DNA from: Rhynchopus sp. YZ270_cl-10 | Lineage: Eukaryota | Assembly (NCBI GenBank): GCA_964035575.1 | Contig: OZ037837.1 | Span: forward strand, 1,860,001-1,924,000 | Reading direction: 5' to 3' | Length of the DNA: 64,000 bases | Shown: positions 22,195-34,282 of the stretch, piece after piece | Layout: every line of letters begins with the position of its first letter | How positions within the stretch are numbered: position 1 is the stretch's first letter | The notes under the pieces: generated by a model | Databases searched by the model: none | What the model was told of the DNA's origin: nothing | The model's input: only the letters and a program-made list of their open reading frames with translations | Program-made: the position numbers and the translations under genes

Positions 22195-23310
22195 CAGTGC
22201 TGTCGCTGAGTTTTGAAAAAAAATTTAATAGGGAGGGCCCTGGTAGGGCAGGCCAAAAAAAACCCGCAAAAAAAGGTCCCGAGCTTTCCCCCCGTAAAAG
22301 CGGTCGCTGCGCGCGCTTCGCGCGCGCGACTCCCTGCCAGTGCAAGAAGGTGAGGCTCTTTCTCCCCTCTGATGCACAAAATCGTGAAAGGCGGGGGAGG
22401 GTGAACCACAAGCCGTAGTTGGTGTCAGCTGTCGTATCAGTAACCTCAGTAGATCTATAAAAGAACCACGGCAACCACGGTATTTCTAGGGGATGGCTAG
22501 CTACCATGAACCCCTGTCCAAAGTATTAATATTTCTCGAAAATTCTCTAAGTACACAGAAAACACACGGGTGTGCCCCAAAACACATTTTTTCCAGTGTC
22601 CCGCAGTGTCCCACCACTTTTTTTCGCTTTTTGTGGGAAAAAAAATACAAAAAAAAAATACATGGTTCTGTAGGGGCCGAGTACAATGGCGTTTTTCACG
22701 TGATTTTCATGATTTTTCAAAGTGGCCAAATATCATGTAAAATACTGCCTCCCACCCAACATTCTCTCCACAACGTCGTTCTGACACCCATATGTCCAAA
22801 CAAAAGATGTCTTTATATATATTTTTTCCACACCCAGCGTATCATAAAAATGCACATATCCACCAAAATCCACTAACCCACCGCAGGCAAATTTCTTAAC
22901 GATGTGTACTTCTGAATTGATACTGAGGGATTATGCGGCAACCGCTGCGTAGTTCTTTGGGGTAAAACGCCACCTGGGGTCACAAGGCCCAGGCTCCTAC
23001 CTTTACAGGTAGGAGAGCTGTTGAGTGACCCATCGGACAATCGTTTGAGGGGTCTTGGTGAAGAATTTCGAAAATTGATAAAAACGAATAAGCGTCTCAC
23101 AATTGAACCCAGATTCTGCTCCAGATATGATGTTTTGATGTGTTTCTGCCTGAATTGTGTGAGGGGGCCCGATTTTGTTGCGATAAATTACGAAAATTGA
23201 TTATAACCAATAAGCGTCTCACAATTGAACCCAGATTCTGCTCCAGAAGACAGGAGGCTTTGGTGAGGGATAAGTACATCCTCATCTGTTCGTACGCGAA
23301 TCCGACCAGC

Positions 23311-26265
23311 ATGACGGGAGACCCGAAGAGGAGAGAAGGGGACTACTTCGCAGGCGTTCGCGAAGAGGACCGGTCAACAAGGGATGGGTGTCTGCGATAC
23401 CGTCTGCACTCCTCGCAACACGGCACCGTCGGGTATCGCGACGTCGAGGGGAGGTTCCCCCATTCGGTAATGTACGTTGCGAGGGAGAAAAAGACGCCAG
23501 AAGAACCTGTGCGGAAACAGCCGGTCAAGAATTTGAAGAAACCCGGATTTATTCAGCAGTTCAACACCTCGCAGGCTAAGCAGCAGCAGAAGGACAAGGT
23601 CGAGAACAGGAAGCGCGAAGAAGAGGTGGCCGAAACGGCACGCAAGTACTCTTCGCAAGTTGCGCAGCTCCCGTACCGGTTTCTCTTCCCCTCAACTTTG
23701 CACGAAGAGTGCGGCGAAGGACGCAACAAGCAGTTGCTGGAAGAGCACCGACTGGCGGATCCTGTGACACAGGAAGGTGCGTGGGCGTGCCTCAACTGGG
23801 TGCGCCAGTCGGTGACCTCGTGCGGAGAGCCGAACAGGAAGATGACGAGGTTTTCCTGGGAGCAAATGCTGCACTTTCAGCAAATTGCGACCTTGCGGAG
23901 CAAAGCGGTGTGGAACGAAGACCCGAAGGAACTGAGCCTGCACTGGAGAGGTCTGTTTGACGTGGCTTGCGTGAGGCACGCAGTGGCATCCTTGTTTCCT
24001 GACTGGATATGCTCCTCCATACCGCTTCATCGGGAGGAGGGGAACCAGCAGGCGACATTGTGCAAAGATGCGCACCTGCACGACACGGTCCGCGCCCTCA
24101 TGTTTGAGAGAGACGGGCATTGGGTGGTGGTTTTGGTTGTGTCGTATTCCCCAGAGATCGACCTCGGGGACCCAAACACTGAGACGACCGGATTTGTGGT
24201 GAAGGACACGGACAGGGCTGAGAAGCGTTTCGGCCTGTTGGACGACGCCATCGACCACGCCACCAGAGGGCAACCATTTTCCTGGGAAGCTCCGCTGGTA
24301 CTTGCCGTGAAGCGGGGAAACTTCAAGGGAAGGTTCCACACTGCTGCCACCCTGCAGGTGTACGCCATCCGGAAGGTGAACCGCAGAGTGACGGACGCTG
24401 TGCTGGCGGATGAGGCACGTGCTTGGGCAGCCCGTTGCTTGGAGACGTTGACGGAGACGCTGAATGCAGAGATTCAGCACGTGATGAATGCGGCACGTGA
24501 GGCTGTGAGTATCCGTGTTGATGAACTTCGGGACTACCTGTGGCAGCGGAGGCGAACGCCGCACGTTGTGTCTTCCTTGTGTGACTTGGTGCGCAGGGGC
24601 ATGGGTAGTGCTGTGCAGTGTGCGAAGCTGCGCGGTGGCAGCGACACAGTCCTGAGGAATTTGCTGGAGGACACAGTGGGTGCTACGAACGAACGCACGA
24701 ACGACATGTCTGAGTCTGAAGATGACCGATCAGGAGCGGTGAGCTGCGAATTGTTCCCTGTGTCGGAGCCACCACCAGCAGCACCAGCAGCACCAGCAGC
24801 ACCAGCAGCACCAGCAGCACCAGCAGCACCAGCAGCACCAGCAGCACCAGCAGCACCAGCAGCACCAGCAGCACCAGCAGCACCAGCAGCACCAGCAGCA
24901 CCAGCAGCACCAGCAGCACCAGAAGCAGCAGCAGCACCACCACCAGTACCAGCAGAAAGTCCGAGGAAGCGGAGGAGAGCTGGGACTGATGCATCCCAGA
25001 ATGTTGTAAAGAAGCGTAAGCCTGCACCGAAGAACGGTCAGCAGCAACAGAAGCAGCAGCCACCACAGAAGAAACAGAAGCCACAGAAGCCACAGCAGCC
25101 ACAACAGCCACAGCAGAAGCCACAGCAACCACAGCAGCCACAACAGCCACAGCAGAAGCCACAGCAACCACAGCAGCCACAACAGCCACAGCAGAAGCCA
25201 CAGCAACCACAGCAGCAGCAGAACCCACACCAGCCAGGCGTTGGGGAGGCGGAGGAGATGGAGCAATTGCAGGCTGCCCTTGATGCAAGCCTGGAGCCTC
25301 CACCAGTGCCGAGGGGGTTCCATAACTTCGGCGTGACGTGTTTCATCAACTCTGTTTTACAGTGTTTAGTGTACACGGACTCGTTTGTGAAGTCCCTCTC
25401 GAATGCTGGCCCTTTTTCGAGGGCGATACGCGAAGTGGTGGCTCAGTCAGTGGCTGCGGATGCACAAGATGTGATCCGCCCTACGAGCATACGCGACGCA
25501 TTAAATGCGAAGGAGCCTGGGTTCACAGATACGCAGCAAGACTGCCACGAGTTTTTTCTTGTGCTGACGGACGCCCTCGAGGTGGAGGCAAGACGTGGGA
25601 AAGTTAAACATCCCACCAACGAAGTGCTGGATCATGAGACTTTGTCTGTGGCCTCGGCACGAGTAGCGAACTCTTACCTCGAGAGTTCTAATTGTCCAGC
25701 AATGGGTTTTCTTTATCTACAGTATGTCCAGACATCCACTTGTTTTGGCTGTGACACTAAGCGCCCCACCGTCACCCCCTCATTCAATTTTGTATTGCAC
25801 TTCCCCACGCGGGACACCGGTACATTGCCAGTGGCATTGGGTGCGTTACTTCAGCACCTCTTTAGGGTGGAAGAAATGCACGCAGAGCAGGAGTACAAGT
25901 GCCTGACCTGCCACCCGCAGACCTTCGCAGCCAGAATGGTGACACGTGTGATGCGGCTGCCAAATGTTTTGGCACTGCAATTGGCGAGGTTTCACGACCC
26001 GCTCAATAAGATCGAGACGATCGTTGAACTTCCGCATGAGTTGGACATGGCACCATACGTGCACTCTGACTCTCTAGAGGTGCAACTTCGGTATGACCTG
26101 TATGGTGTTGTCTGTCACCACGGACACAACCTGGGGCACGGCCACTACAGTGCATACGTGAAGTCAGAGGGTACGTGGTATCATTGCAATGATTCAAGTG
26201 TGACAAAGAACCCGAGGCTTCTCTTTTCAGAGGCATACCTTCTTTTTTATCATCGTCGGGGGTGA
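23311..26265 (+). CDS. Ubiquitin-specific protease (peptidase C19) with long N-terminal region, ~984 aa from the first ATG (frame open from 23140)
   Basis: Cys box GFHNFGVTCFINSVLQCL, QQDCHEF, two CxxC pairs (CFGC, CLTC), LPNVLALQLARF, His box YDLYGVVCHHG..GHGHYSAYVK..WYHCNDSSV and terminal AYLLFY. Basic NLS-like PRKRRR and KKRKP. Confidence 0.93.
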   Translation: MTGDPKRREGDYFAGVREEDRSTRDGCLRYRLHSSQHGTVGYRDVEGRFPHSVMYVAREKKTPEEPVRKQPVKNLKKPGFIQQFNTSQAKQQQKDKVENRKREEEVAETARKYSSQVAQLPYRFLFPSTLHEECGEGRNKQLLEEHRLADPVTQEGAWACLNWVRQSVTSCGEPNRKMTRFSWEQMLHFQQIATLRSKAVWNEDPKELSLHWRGLFDVACVRHAVASLFPDWICSSIPLHREEGNQQATLCKDAHLHDTVRALMFERDGHWVVVLVVSYSPEIDLGDPNTETTGFVVKDTDRAEKRFGLLDDAIDHATRGQPFSWEAPLVLAVKRGNFKGRFHTAATLQVYAIRKVNRRVTDAVLADEARAWAARCLETLTETLNAEIQHVMNAAREAVSIRVDELRDYLWQRRRTPHVVSSLCDLVRRGMGSAVQCAKLRGGSDTVLRNLLEDTVGATNERTNDMSESEDDRSGAVSCELFPVSEPPPAAPAAPAAPAAPAAPAAPAAPAAPAAPAAPAAPAAPAAPAAPAAPAAPEAAAAPPPVPAESPRKRRRAGTDASQNVVKKRKPAPKNGQQQQKQQPPQKKQKPQKPQQPQQPQQKPQQPQQPQQPQQKPQQPQQPQQPQQKPQQPQQQQNPHQPGVGEAEEMEQLQAALDASLEPPPVPRGFHNFGVTCFINSVLQCLVYTDSFVKSLSNAGPFSRAIREVVAQSVAADAQDVIRPTSIRDALNAKEPGFTDTQQDCHEFFLVLTDALEVEARRGKVKHPTNEVLDHETLSVASARVANSYLESSNCPAMGFLYLQYVQTSTCFGCDTKRPTVTPSFNFVLHFPTRDTGTLPVALGALLQHLFRVEEMHAEQEYKCLTCHPQTFAARMVTRVMRLPNVLALQLARFHDPLNKIETIVELPHELDMAPYVHSDSLEVQLRYDLYGVVCHHGHNLGHGHYSAYVKSEGTWYHCNDSSVTKNPRLLFSEAYLLFYHRRG
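24775..25230 (+). repeat. Coding low-complexity linkers in USP: (PAA)n and Q/P/K repeats
   Basis: (CCAGCAGCA)n at ~24775-24921 and CAGCCACAG-type repeats at ~25038-25230. Confidence 0.9.
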
Positions 26266-29200
26266 TTCTTTTTGGTGCATCGAGACGTTATGTGTTCTTT
26301 ATAAGATTGTCTGATGGAGGCAGTATCGGCGACAGTGGGGGAAATAGAGGGGGGTATGAGTTCAGAGAGACTGGGGTTATTGTCTCAGGACCGAGTCAGG
26401 TAGTTGAACTTCATCCTTTTTTAAATAGTGTGGATCTTTGCAGTCGTCGGTTATGTCTGAAAATTCTTAAGTCCACTTTGTGAGGGCCTTTTATTAACAT
26501 TAAAGGCCACCAGACCTGACGCTAAACAGTTACGAAAATCGCACTTTTTGGGCTTGGAATTCGGGTTTTTTTACGGGTTTTTTTACACGGGAAAAAGGTA
26601 CATTTTTCGACCCTGGTCCATGTCTGGTGGTGAAAATCATAATTTTTTTTGCCCACATGATACGTTTCGAACACACTTATCGCTAAATATGCCGTTTTCC
26701 CCGAAAATTTTGAGAACCCCACGTCCAATTTCTTTCGTTTTTGGTGCTCCGGGAGGGGTCGATATTGACAGGTCGCTGACAGGTCGCTGACACAGGGACT
26801 CTATACACACACCCCCTGATATTGACAGGTCGTTGACCGACTTCCGAAAGCACCAGTTTTGGAAAAAAAAATTCCGCGCTGCGCGCGAAAAAGGTCCTCA
26901 GAAGCTCAATTCCGAAAGCAAATACGGGGAGCGAAGTCTTCCAACTCCTCCGCCATCAGCAGGAACACCTCCGTTTTCTCTTGAACCTGTTACGCTTGTG
27001 CTGAGAAACAAGGCAACAGCGAGTTCAAGAATATTCCCCATCTTTTCGTTGTTAAACTCGGTGCCTGTTCATGAAGAACCATCAGCTTCTCAATAGTGCT
27101 GTGAGAAAGGCGGTGGCGTCTCTTTGCGTAGATGTAGTCAGGAGAGAGAATCCTTGTTCAACAGCAACCAAAGACGGGGAGTGCACTACCGGTGCAGCCT
27201 CCAAAACCCGTGCGAGAGTGTCCCCATTTTCCAAGAAAACTTCGAGAAAACCGCGTTCTGCCACGGTACGCCACATTTCAAAATCGCGCTTAAAATTGCA
27301 CTTTTTTCGCAGCCAAACTGTGTCATAAGAAGGGTGTAATGCAAGCTTGCGCCGCAGGCGCACGGTACGCTACTTTTTTCTTTGGCCATATCCTTCTTTC
27401 TCACTCCTTATTGGGTTCGACGTGTTCCGTCCGTCAAATGGTGGGGTCACAACATGCAGCAAAGTTTGCAACTACGCAAACTGCCCCCACGTTCACTTTG
27501 TACTTTTCCTTCAGAAGACAAGTACCATCGGGACCATACGGAACTGAATTTTTTTTTGCGAAGCAAAAAAAAAATATATATAAAATGGCGCCGCAGGCGA
27601 AAAAATAATAAAACCTACATTCTCGAACTTTTCTACTGACGTGATTTTCATTGGACGCATCCCCTTCTCCAATTCAATTCAATAAAACTGTAGCTTTCTC
27701 CTCAGAATTCGTGAAACAACCCGCGCCAAGTCTGCTGAGTCATACAACCCGCGCCAAGGCTGCTGAGTCGGATGACAAAGAGTGAGGGCGAAGCACCACA
27801 CGTATGAGCCCAAATGCTGCGCTTGTATGCTGTATGCAAGTCGTATCCTAAACAGTAAAAAACAAAGGTGTGTAGGTTAGTTGCCAACAGTACGTCCCTC
27901 GACGGTACTGTGCGTAAAACCGGCCCAAGGGTACTATGACGCATACATATAAGCATAACATGCGACGAGCGCTAGGCCCAACGTGCATAACCAGTAACAA
28001 ACAGAGGGACGCATCTGCGTGCTTACTTTCTTACTTTCTTTCTTTCCTTTTTTTTTTTTTTTTTTTTTGAAAAACGAGAAACGCTAATTGTATTTTTGGC
28101 CCCCTCTGTGAGTATTGATTGAATTGGAGTCGGGGAGCACAAGCAAAGGGCAATGAAAGGAAAACAATGAACATTAAACAAGCTAGAAAAGAGACAGTAT
28201 ATATTTCCGAACACACACACACACACACACTATTCAAATCATTCAATCCGAAAGAGCCCAATCATTTCGGTTTGTATTATTTCCTTACAAACCGTACGCG
28301 TACCGCTTCGTATGTTTGTATACAAAAATAATAAAACCTACATTCTCGAACTTTTCTACTGACGTGATTTTCATTGGACGCATCCTCCAGGACCCTAAGG
28401 ACCCCGAGGGACGCTGCGCGAACAAAAACCCCAAAACATGGTATAAAAAATTGAAATTGCACCCTACCTTTCCTTTTTATGTATTTCCCCACCCCCGCAA
28501 AGAATAAAGCAATAAAAACAATAAAGACAAAGGAGAGAGGTTGTGGCGAAACGCACACACCTCTACCTGTCGGTGCAATGTGGCCCTACTCCAACCCGAA
28601 AAGTGGAAGAGGATGGGAGTAGGGGTACGGTATTCAACTTCCTTACAGTCTTGCATGTAATCATAAAAGGTAATCTGGCCACAGTACGACAATAAGAACC
28701 GGACAGAAGAACAGAACCAAAATAAGAGAATAGGCATTGTAATATGAAGTGCCTTTCGTGCACCTACATCCTTTGAGGTGGCTTGCAGTCCAAGGTCCGC
28801 TCGTGGGAGTGTGGTTATGTTTGTGACTGGTGTATCAGCGGATCCCACCCCTGCAGGCCCACATCTACTACGAGTTCTCCAAGGACTATGAACTACAACC
28901 CACGGAGAAACTGAAACTGCATTCCTACCTTTCCCTTATTGTATTATCCCACCCCCGCAATCACGAAAACTAAAGGCAAAATGGAGAGGCTGTGGTAGAA
29001 TGCACACCTCGGCCTATCGGTGAGATGTGTCTCTACGTCAAACCGCCTCAGAATAGAAACAGGGAGGGATTAAGGGCACAGTTCAATATACTATTTGCAT
29101 AGTCGGGAAACGTAAACAGAATTCAACATATGCATTGAAATGATAGCGTGAAATGGATGAGAAAACGGGCTGGACCATTTGAATCCAGGTACCGTAATAG

Positions 29201-30502
29201 TAAAAACACCTAATACACAAAACATGTGGAACGCAACACAATTTGGAAAAGACGCGATGGTGAACAAACAACCCACGCAGTGCACTGTTGGCGTAACCCT
29301 CAACAAAGGTTCGTCAGTCTCAGCAAACCCCCCACAGTGGGCACGAGGCACCACAGCAACGAGGTAGCATCAACCCTACGTGTTTGTCACTCAAACTGCA
29401 TACGTCTTGGAAAAGAAGTAAGATAGATAACAAGTGCGAAGTGCGCACTAAACCCCTCACCCTCGAATATTTCGTTCTCGTCTTCCTGGCTCGCCAAAGG
29501 AATCTGTCGCTAGGCCAGGCTCCACAACATCAGTACTTCGACGACCAAATGCAATGAGCAACTGTTGCAGGACCACCGATCACTCTCTTCATCCTCGACA
29601 GTGCGTAGCTGTGTGTCAACTAAGAAGCTGCGCGCAGGCCTCAGTGTTGTTCTAAACGGGTACGCAACAGCCGTAGCCTGACAGCACTGCTCAGCTGAGG
29701 AAGTCTTCGGACGGAAGGCACGGCAGAACAGGCTCATGGGGTAGAACACTACGGTGGTCTAGAGAAGATGATGCTGAATGTACTGTGCATGATGACGGCC
29801 GATGAGTAGGAGCAGGAAGGGCGTAGAGAGCTAGAAAACGCTACACTAAAATCGACCATAATCGGGGACATCGTCATCGGCAGTGCCTACTGCGAGACCC
29901 CACCGCGGACATATACTAGCGATGAGGAGCACTCTGTGAGGTAACATCCTGGATAAGACCCTCAACACCAAAGGGGATATGTTAGAGAGCTTGACAGCAG
30001 TCCTATGCTGGTCCACTTCCACGGACGGAAACATTAACACGGTCTGCTCAGCTCCCCAGCATGCCTTGAGCACATGTTCGATACTGCTGACGCACACTGG
30101 TGCATTCTTGCCGATCAGGGAGAACTGCATCAGTCACTGCGCGAGCGCGTAGCCGAGATCACACTCTCAGCGTGCGGTAACCAGAGGTACTGCGCCGTTT
30201 GCCGAGCGTGAGACCGCATCTGGACCTGCTACAGCAGCTGGAACCGCGTCGTCTGCGGCGTCTGAGCAGGCGCAGTCCGGAACTGCGGCGACGACTGAAC
30301 ATGTGACCGCGGAAACAGCGCTGAGCGTGCGGCTTCTAACTGGCACTGTACCGCTATGCGCCGTAGACCTACACCTGTGTACTATAATGCTGCGGCAATA
30401 ACCAGACGCAACGGAGTCAAAGTGGGTGGCAAAAGTGCGCCAAACGGTCGCAGTTACGCAGAGAATAATTGCAGTGCGCATCAAGAAAATGAGAATACTT
30501 AA

Positions 30503-30916
30503 CCTATCCACTACCACCTTTACATATATGTAAAGGTTAATCGGCACTAGCCTCCAAGACATTAAAAACTGGTCAAAAGTGGAAATTTTTTTTTTTAATG
30601 GCTTCCGGGAGGTTGAAATGTGTGATTCCCCTATTTTTTTTTTTTGGATTTTTTAGAATTTGATTTTTGATTTTTTCCGCCACCCACAACACGCACATCA
30701 AGGAAAATGCGTGAAACAGGGGGGGACGGGTCACAGCCGAACAAATGCGATTTTTCGATTTTGATTCTCAGAACCGCAGAAGTCCCCGAAGACCATACCA
30801 AACCACCTAGAGGACCCAAAAAATGCACCATCGACCCGGTTTTGACCCAGAAACACTCAGATGATTCCAAAAAAATAAACGGGAAAAAAACCCCACACCC
30901 CCTGGTAGTGGATAGG
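30503..30916. mobile_element. piggyBac-like MITE, 414 bp
   Basis: TTAA at 30499-30502 and 30917-30920. Perfect 14-bp TIR CCTATCCACTACCA. Confidence 0.9.
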
Positions 30917-31439
30917 TTAATATTTCTCTTTAATTGTGATCCCCCGCCCCCACCCCCGTAGATAGTAAGCAATAAGGACAAAGACAATAATACAATCAGA
31001 CATATAAGGACAATAAGGAGCGTAGTAGTGAGACGCCCACAACGCGACCAGTCGGTAAAAAGGGACTGGGATGGTGTTCTATTCCCTCTTAAGCGTCGCA
31101 CGCAACCATACATCGAAGTTGTGCGTAACGGTGTGTGTAAAAATGGGACATACAGTGCGTCAACATGCTACTTTGGCGCTGCGCATACAGCTGAGGCTGC
31201 GGCTGGACTTGTGCTGCGCACTCAGATGAAGCAGCGGCCGTCATTAGAGAAGGGTACACCACCGCAAACCGCCTTCAGTCGACACTGAGCTAAAAACGCT
31301 ACGCCAAAAAATAATAGGCGTAACGGGGTGAAATGTGAGGCAACAGTGCACCCAACGGTCGCCTCTGTGCGCAAAGAAACTATAGTGCACTGCAAACAAA
31401 TGTGCACCTGTGTGTTACAAAGGAAGCAACAGTGTGACG

Positions 31440-32721
31440 TCAAGCAGAAAACGGTGTGTCGGCCTTGTTGCTGCGCTGCCTACAGAAGCTGCATTTACTG
31501 CGCTGCCTGCAGAAGCTGCTGCTGCTGTTGTTGTTGCGCCGCCTGGATGGGGGCGGCTGGTCTAGCTGCTGTGCTGCCTGCAGAAGCTGCGGCTGGACTT
31601 GTGCGGCTTGGCTCCACAGCTGGGCGACGTCCCGGATGACGTTTTGTAGGGCCAGCTGCGGAGCCAAGAGTTGCTGCAGGAGCGGCCCGAACGCATCAGG
31701 CTGGGGCATGGCTGGCGCTAGCTGAGGAACCCCCTGCTGCTGAGCCGCGCCCGGGGCCGGCGGCTGGGCTTGCTGGGCAGGAGGGGGTTGTTGGGCCGGT
31801 AGGGCCAGGAGCTGCGCGATCAGCTGCGCCGGCTGCTGCTGCTGCTGCTGCTGCGGACCCGGCTGGGTGGCCGCGTGAGGCCCGAGTAGCTGCGATGGCC
31901 TGCGCGAGACCCTGGGCCGGAAGCTGCGCCATCTGCGGAGGCGGCTGCTGATTCGGCTGTCCTAGCAGCTGCGCCGGGAGTACAGGCGGCTGCGGATGCT
32001 GCGCCACGTGCCCTAACTGCTGCTGGTTTTGATGTACGGGATGCTGCGCCGGGAGCACAGGCGGCTGCGGATGCTGCGCCACGTGCCCTGGCTGCTGCTG
32101 GTTTTGATGTACGGGATGCTGCGCCGGGTGCACAGGCGGCTGCGGTTGCTGCGCCACGTGCCCTGGCTGCTGCTGGTTCTTATGTACGGGATGCTGCGCC
32201 GGGAACACAGGCGGCTGCGGATGCTGCGCCACGTGCAACGGCGGCTGCTGTTCCTGCGGTACGGGTAGCTACGGTGGCGGCTGGTTCTGCCGCTGTGCGA
32301 TGAGCTGTGCGATGAGCTGTGCAATGAGCTGTGCCAACTGAGGCTGCGGCTGGTCCTGAGGCGGACCCCCCTGCGGAACAGGCGCAGGATCCTGGTGTAG
32401 TGGCGGCTGAGGCAGGATCGCATCCTGGTCTACAGCGGCCGGCTCCTCGTCCACCCAGGCGCATACAGGGCAAGTAAACTCAGTGGTGTGATAATTGACG
32501 AGAAAAGCGGCGGCGATGGCTTGCGTGGGGAGCTTATCCTTGACACACTGGTGATGGGCGCCGTATCCGCAGATCCAGCAATACTGCGTGTTATGTGCGA
32601 CGGGGCCTGAGGGGAAGACACAACCATGCTGAAGGAGAGCGGGCTGCGCCGGAGTAGGCAAGGGTCTAGCGCTCACCCAATCCACCTCATCCAAACAATG
32701 TGTCTCTAGATCTGCCCTCAA
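31440..32721 (-). pseudogene. Disrupted ORF1/Gag-like gene of SDR2: PHD-like Cys/His finger followed by Q/P-rich repeats
   Basis: C..CWICGYGAHHQC..FTCPVC pattern. One in-frame TAG at 32269-71 separates it from the same-frame 31696-32238 ORF, which has 75-bp (25-aa) HVAQHPQPPV repeats. A frameshift follows. It lies directly behind the 5' A repeat. The Gag identity is inference from position. Confidence 0.5.
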
Positions 32722-33362
32722 ACGGCATTTTTTTTTTTTTTTTTTTTCAGGATTTTTCAGGATTTTTTCAGGATTTTCCCAGGATTTTCAAATCTTTTCT
32801 CTTTTTTTTTTTTTTTTTTTTTGAAAAACGAGAAACGCTAATTGTATTTTTGGCCCCCTCTGTGAGTATTGATTGAATTGGAGTCGGGGAGCACAAGCAA
32901 AGGGCAATGAAAGGAAAACAATGAACATTAAACAAGCTAGAAAAGAGACAGTATATATTTCCGAACACACACACACACACACACTATTCAAATCATTCAA
33001 TCCGAAAGAGCCCAATCATTTCGGTTTGTATTATTTCCTTACAAACCGTACGCGTAACGCTTCGTATGTTTGTATACAAAAAATTAGGGTACGGTGTAAA
33101 AATATAGCTATTTACACCACAGAGCAGTCACTCAACGAACCCTTTTTGCGGAGCAAAAAATGAAAACTGGCGCCGCAGGCAAAAAAAAAAAATTGAAGGT
33201 ACAGCCTCCCGGGTCAACCCTACAGAATTTTCCCGTAAAAAAAGACTCCTCAAAATTTCCCGGAAAAAAAAGGATTTTCCCACGTAAAATTTCCCGTAAA
33301 AAAAACGACCTCTCAAGGATTTTGGAATTCCACTACGCGGTTTAGCAACATCCCTGAAGGCC

Positions 33363-33396
<34 letters not shown>

Positions 33397-33443
33397 CACG
33401 AATTGTTTCCAGGGTTTTATATAGGAATTTTTTCCTTACCAAA

Positions 33444-34282
33444 CAGGGGCAAAAACTGAGGTTTCATTTTTTCTCACCCACCCACCCAAAATCAAAGCGC
33501 GGAAAATTACTACCCCAACGGCCCTAAAAAATTGATGCTACCCACACGTAACGTAAAGTCGAAGACATCCTTCACATAATGGAAAGGGATAATCCGATTC
33601 CCAACGAACTGCCGGACAATCTCCTAGGGGAGATCATCCAAGAATGTGTGTCACGAAAGAATCGTGCACTCGAAACTCACCTATGGTGACGATGATCTGT
33701 GACAGTCGCCTATCTAGATCGACTAGAAAAGCTCCATAAAGATTTTTTTATTCAGGAGCAGGGGCTTATATAGCGTCACCCAAAGGTTCCTGGCGAAGCC
33801 ACGGTACGCAACATTTTTAAAAAATGTTGACATAAAATGGCACTGACGTTAGTAATTATCGTCAGTTTCCGTAAATTTTACTTAGGTATTTTGCTAAAAC
33901 GAAAGTTTCTGGCGAAGCCACGGTACGCAACATTTCAAAAAAATTCCCTTAAAATTGCACATATTTACAACCAAACTATGTCATGGGAGGGTGGTTGCAA
34001 TCTTGCGCCGCAGGCGCACGGTACGCTACTTTTTATTTCGCCATGCTGTATGCTTCCTTTTGCCACCGGGCCGTCCTTCCATTTGCCCGGGCTGTGGTTT
34101 CTTCGGTACGTATTTCTTTGGCATTTTGTGTTTTTTTCCTGCTGTGGCGGGTTCCTACGTCACGAGTCGTGTTCTAAGCCAGTAAAACGCCGAAAAAAAA
34201 AATTTTTTTTTTAAGGTCCGAAAAGGGGAATTTTTTTTTTTTTTTTCAATAACTGAGGATTGCCCTCAGTTCTGACCCCCTA
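33444..34282. mobile_element. Possible older hAT-like MITE
   Basis: CAGGGGCAAAAACTGAGG versus reverse-complement TAGGGGGTCAGAACTGAGG. Contains the shared hairpin cassette. No TSD found. Confidence 0.35.

Larger units (their letters stand above)
27601..33082 (-). mobile_element. Split-direct-repeat element SDR2 (A-internal-B-A-x-B)
   Basis: A (~280 bp, TTTTC + poly-A on the minus strand) at 32802-33082 and 28048-28328. B (~62 bp) at 28324-28385 and 27601-27662. An empty-site homolog GGCGCCGCAGGCGAAAAAAAATTAGGGTAC is present as reverse complement at ~35511-35540. Confidence 0.85.
26511..33356. mobile_element. hAT-like MITE (own sequence ~1.4 kb) hosting SDR2
   Basis: 8-bp TSD AAGGCCAC at 26503-26510 and 33357-33364. 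Imperfect TIR CAGACCTGACGCTAAAC / CAGGGATGTTGCTAAAC. Inverted subterminal TTTTACGGG / CCCGTAAAA repeats. Confidence 0.85.

Noticed and set aside
23140..23310. GTG start for the USP ORF
   Set aside because: Eukaryotic context, and this stretch overlaps a local 122-bp-period duplication (23069/23191). ATG 23311, just after a CAG, is preferred.
24683..25376. Minus-strand LVL/CCW/GCC-rich ORFs
   Set aside because: Antisense of the USP low-complexity linkers.
26761..26832. Tiny CAGGG..CCCTG element with repeated GATATTGACAGGTCG
   Set aside because: Too short and ambiguous; more simply a local duplication or footprint.
29400..30130. Tyrosine recombinase remnant in SDR2 (RWGLAVG, LEQH-stop-GLR)
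   Set aside because: Only vague resemblance; the R-H-R-Y tetrad cannot be traced by eye. Needs an HMM search.
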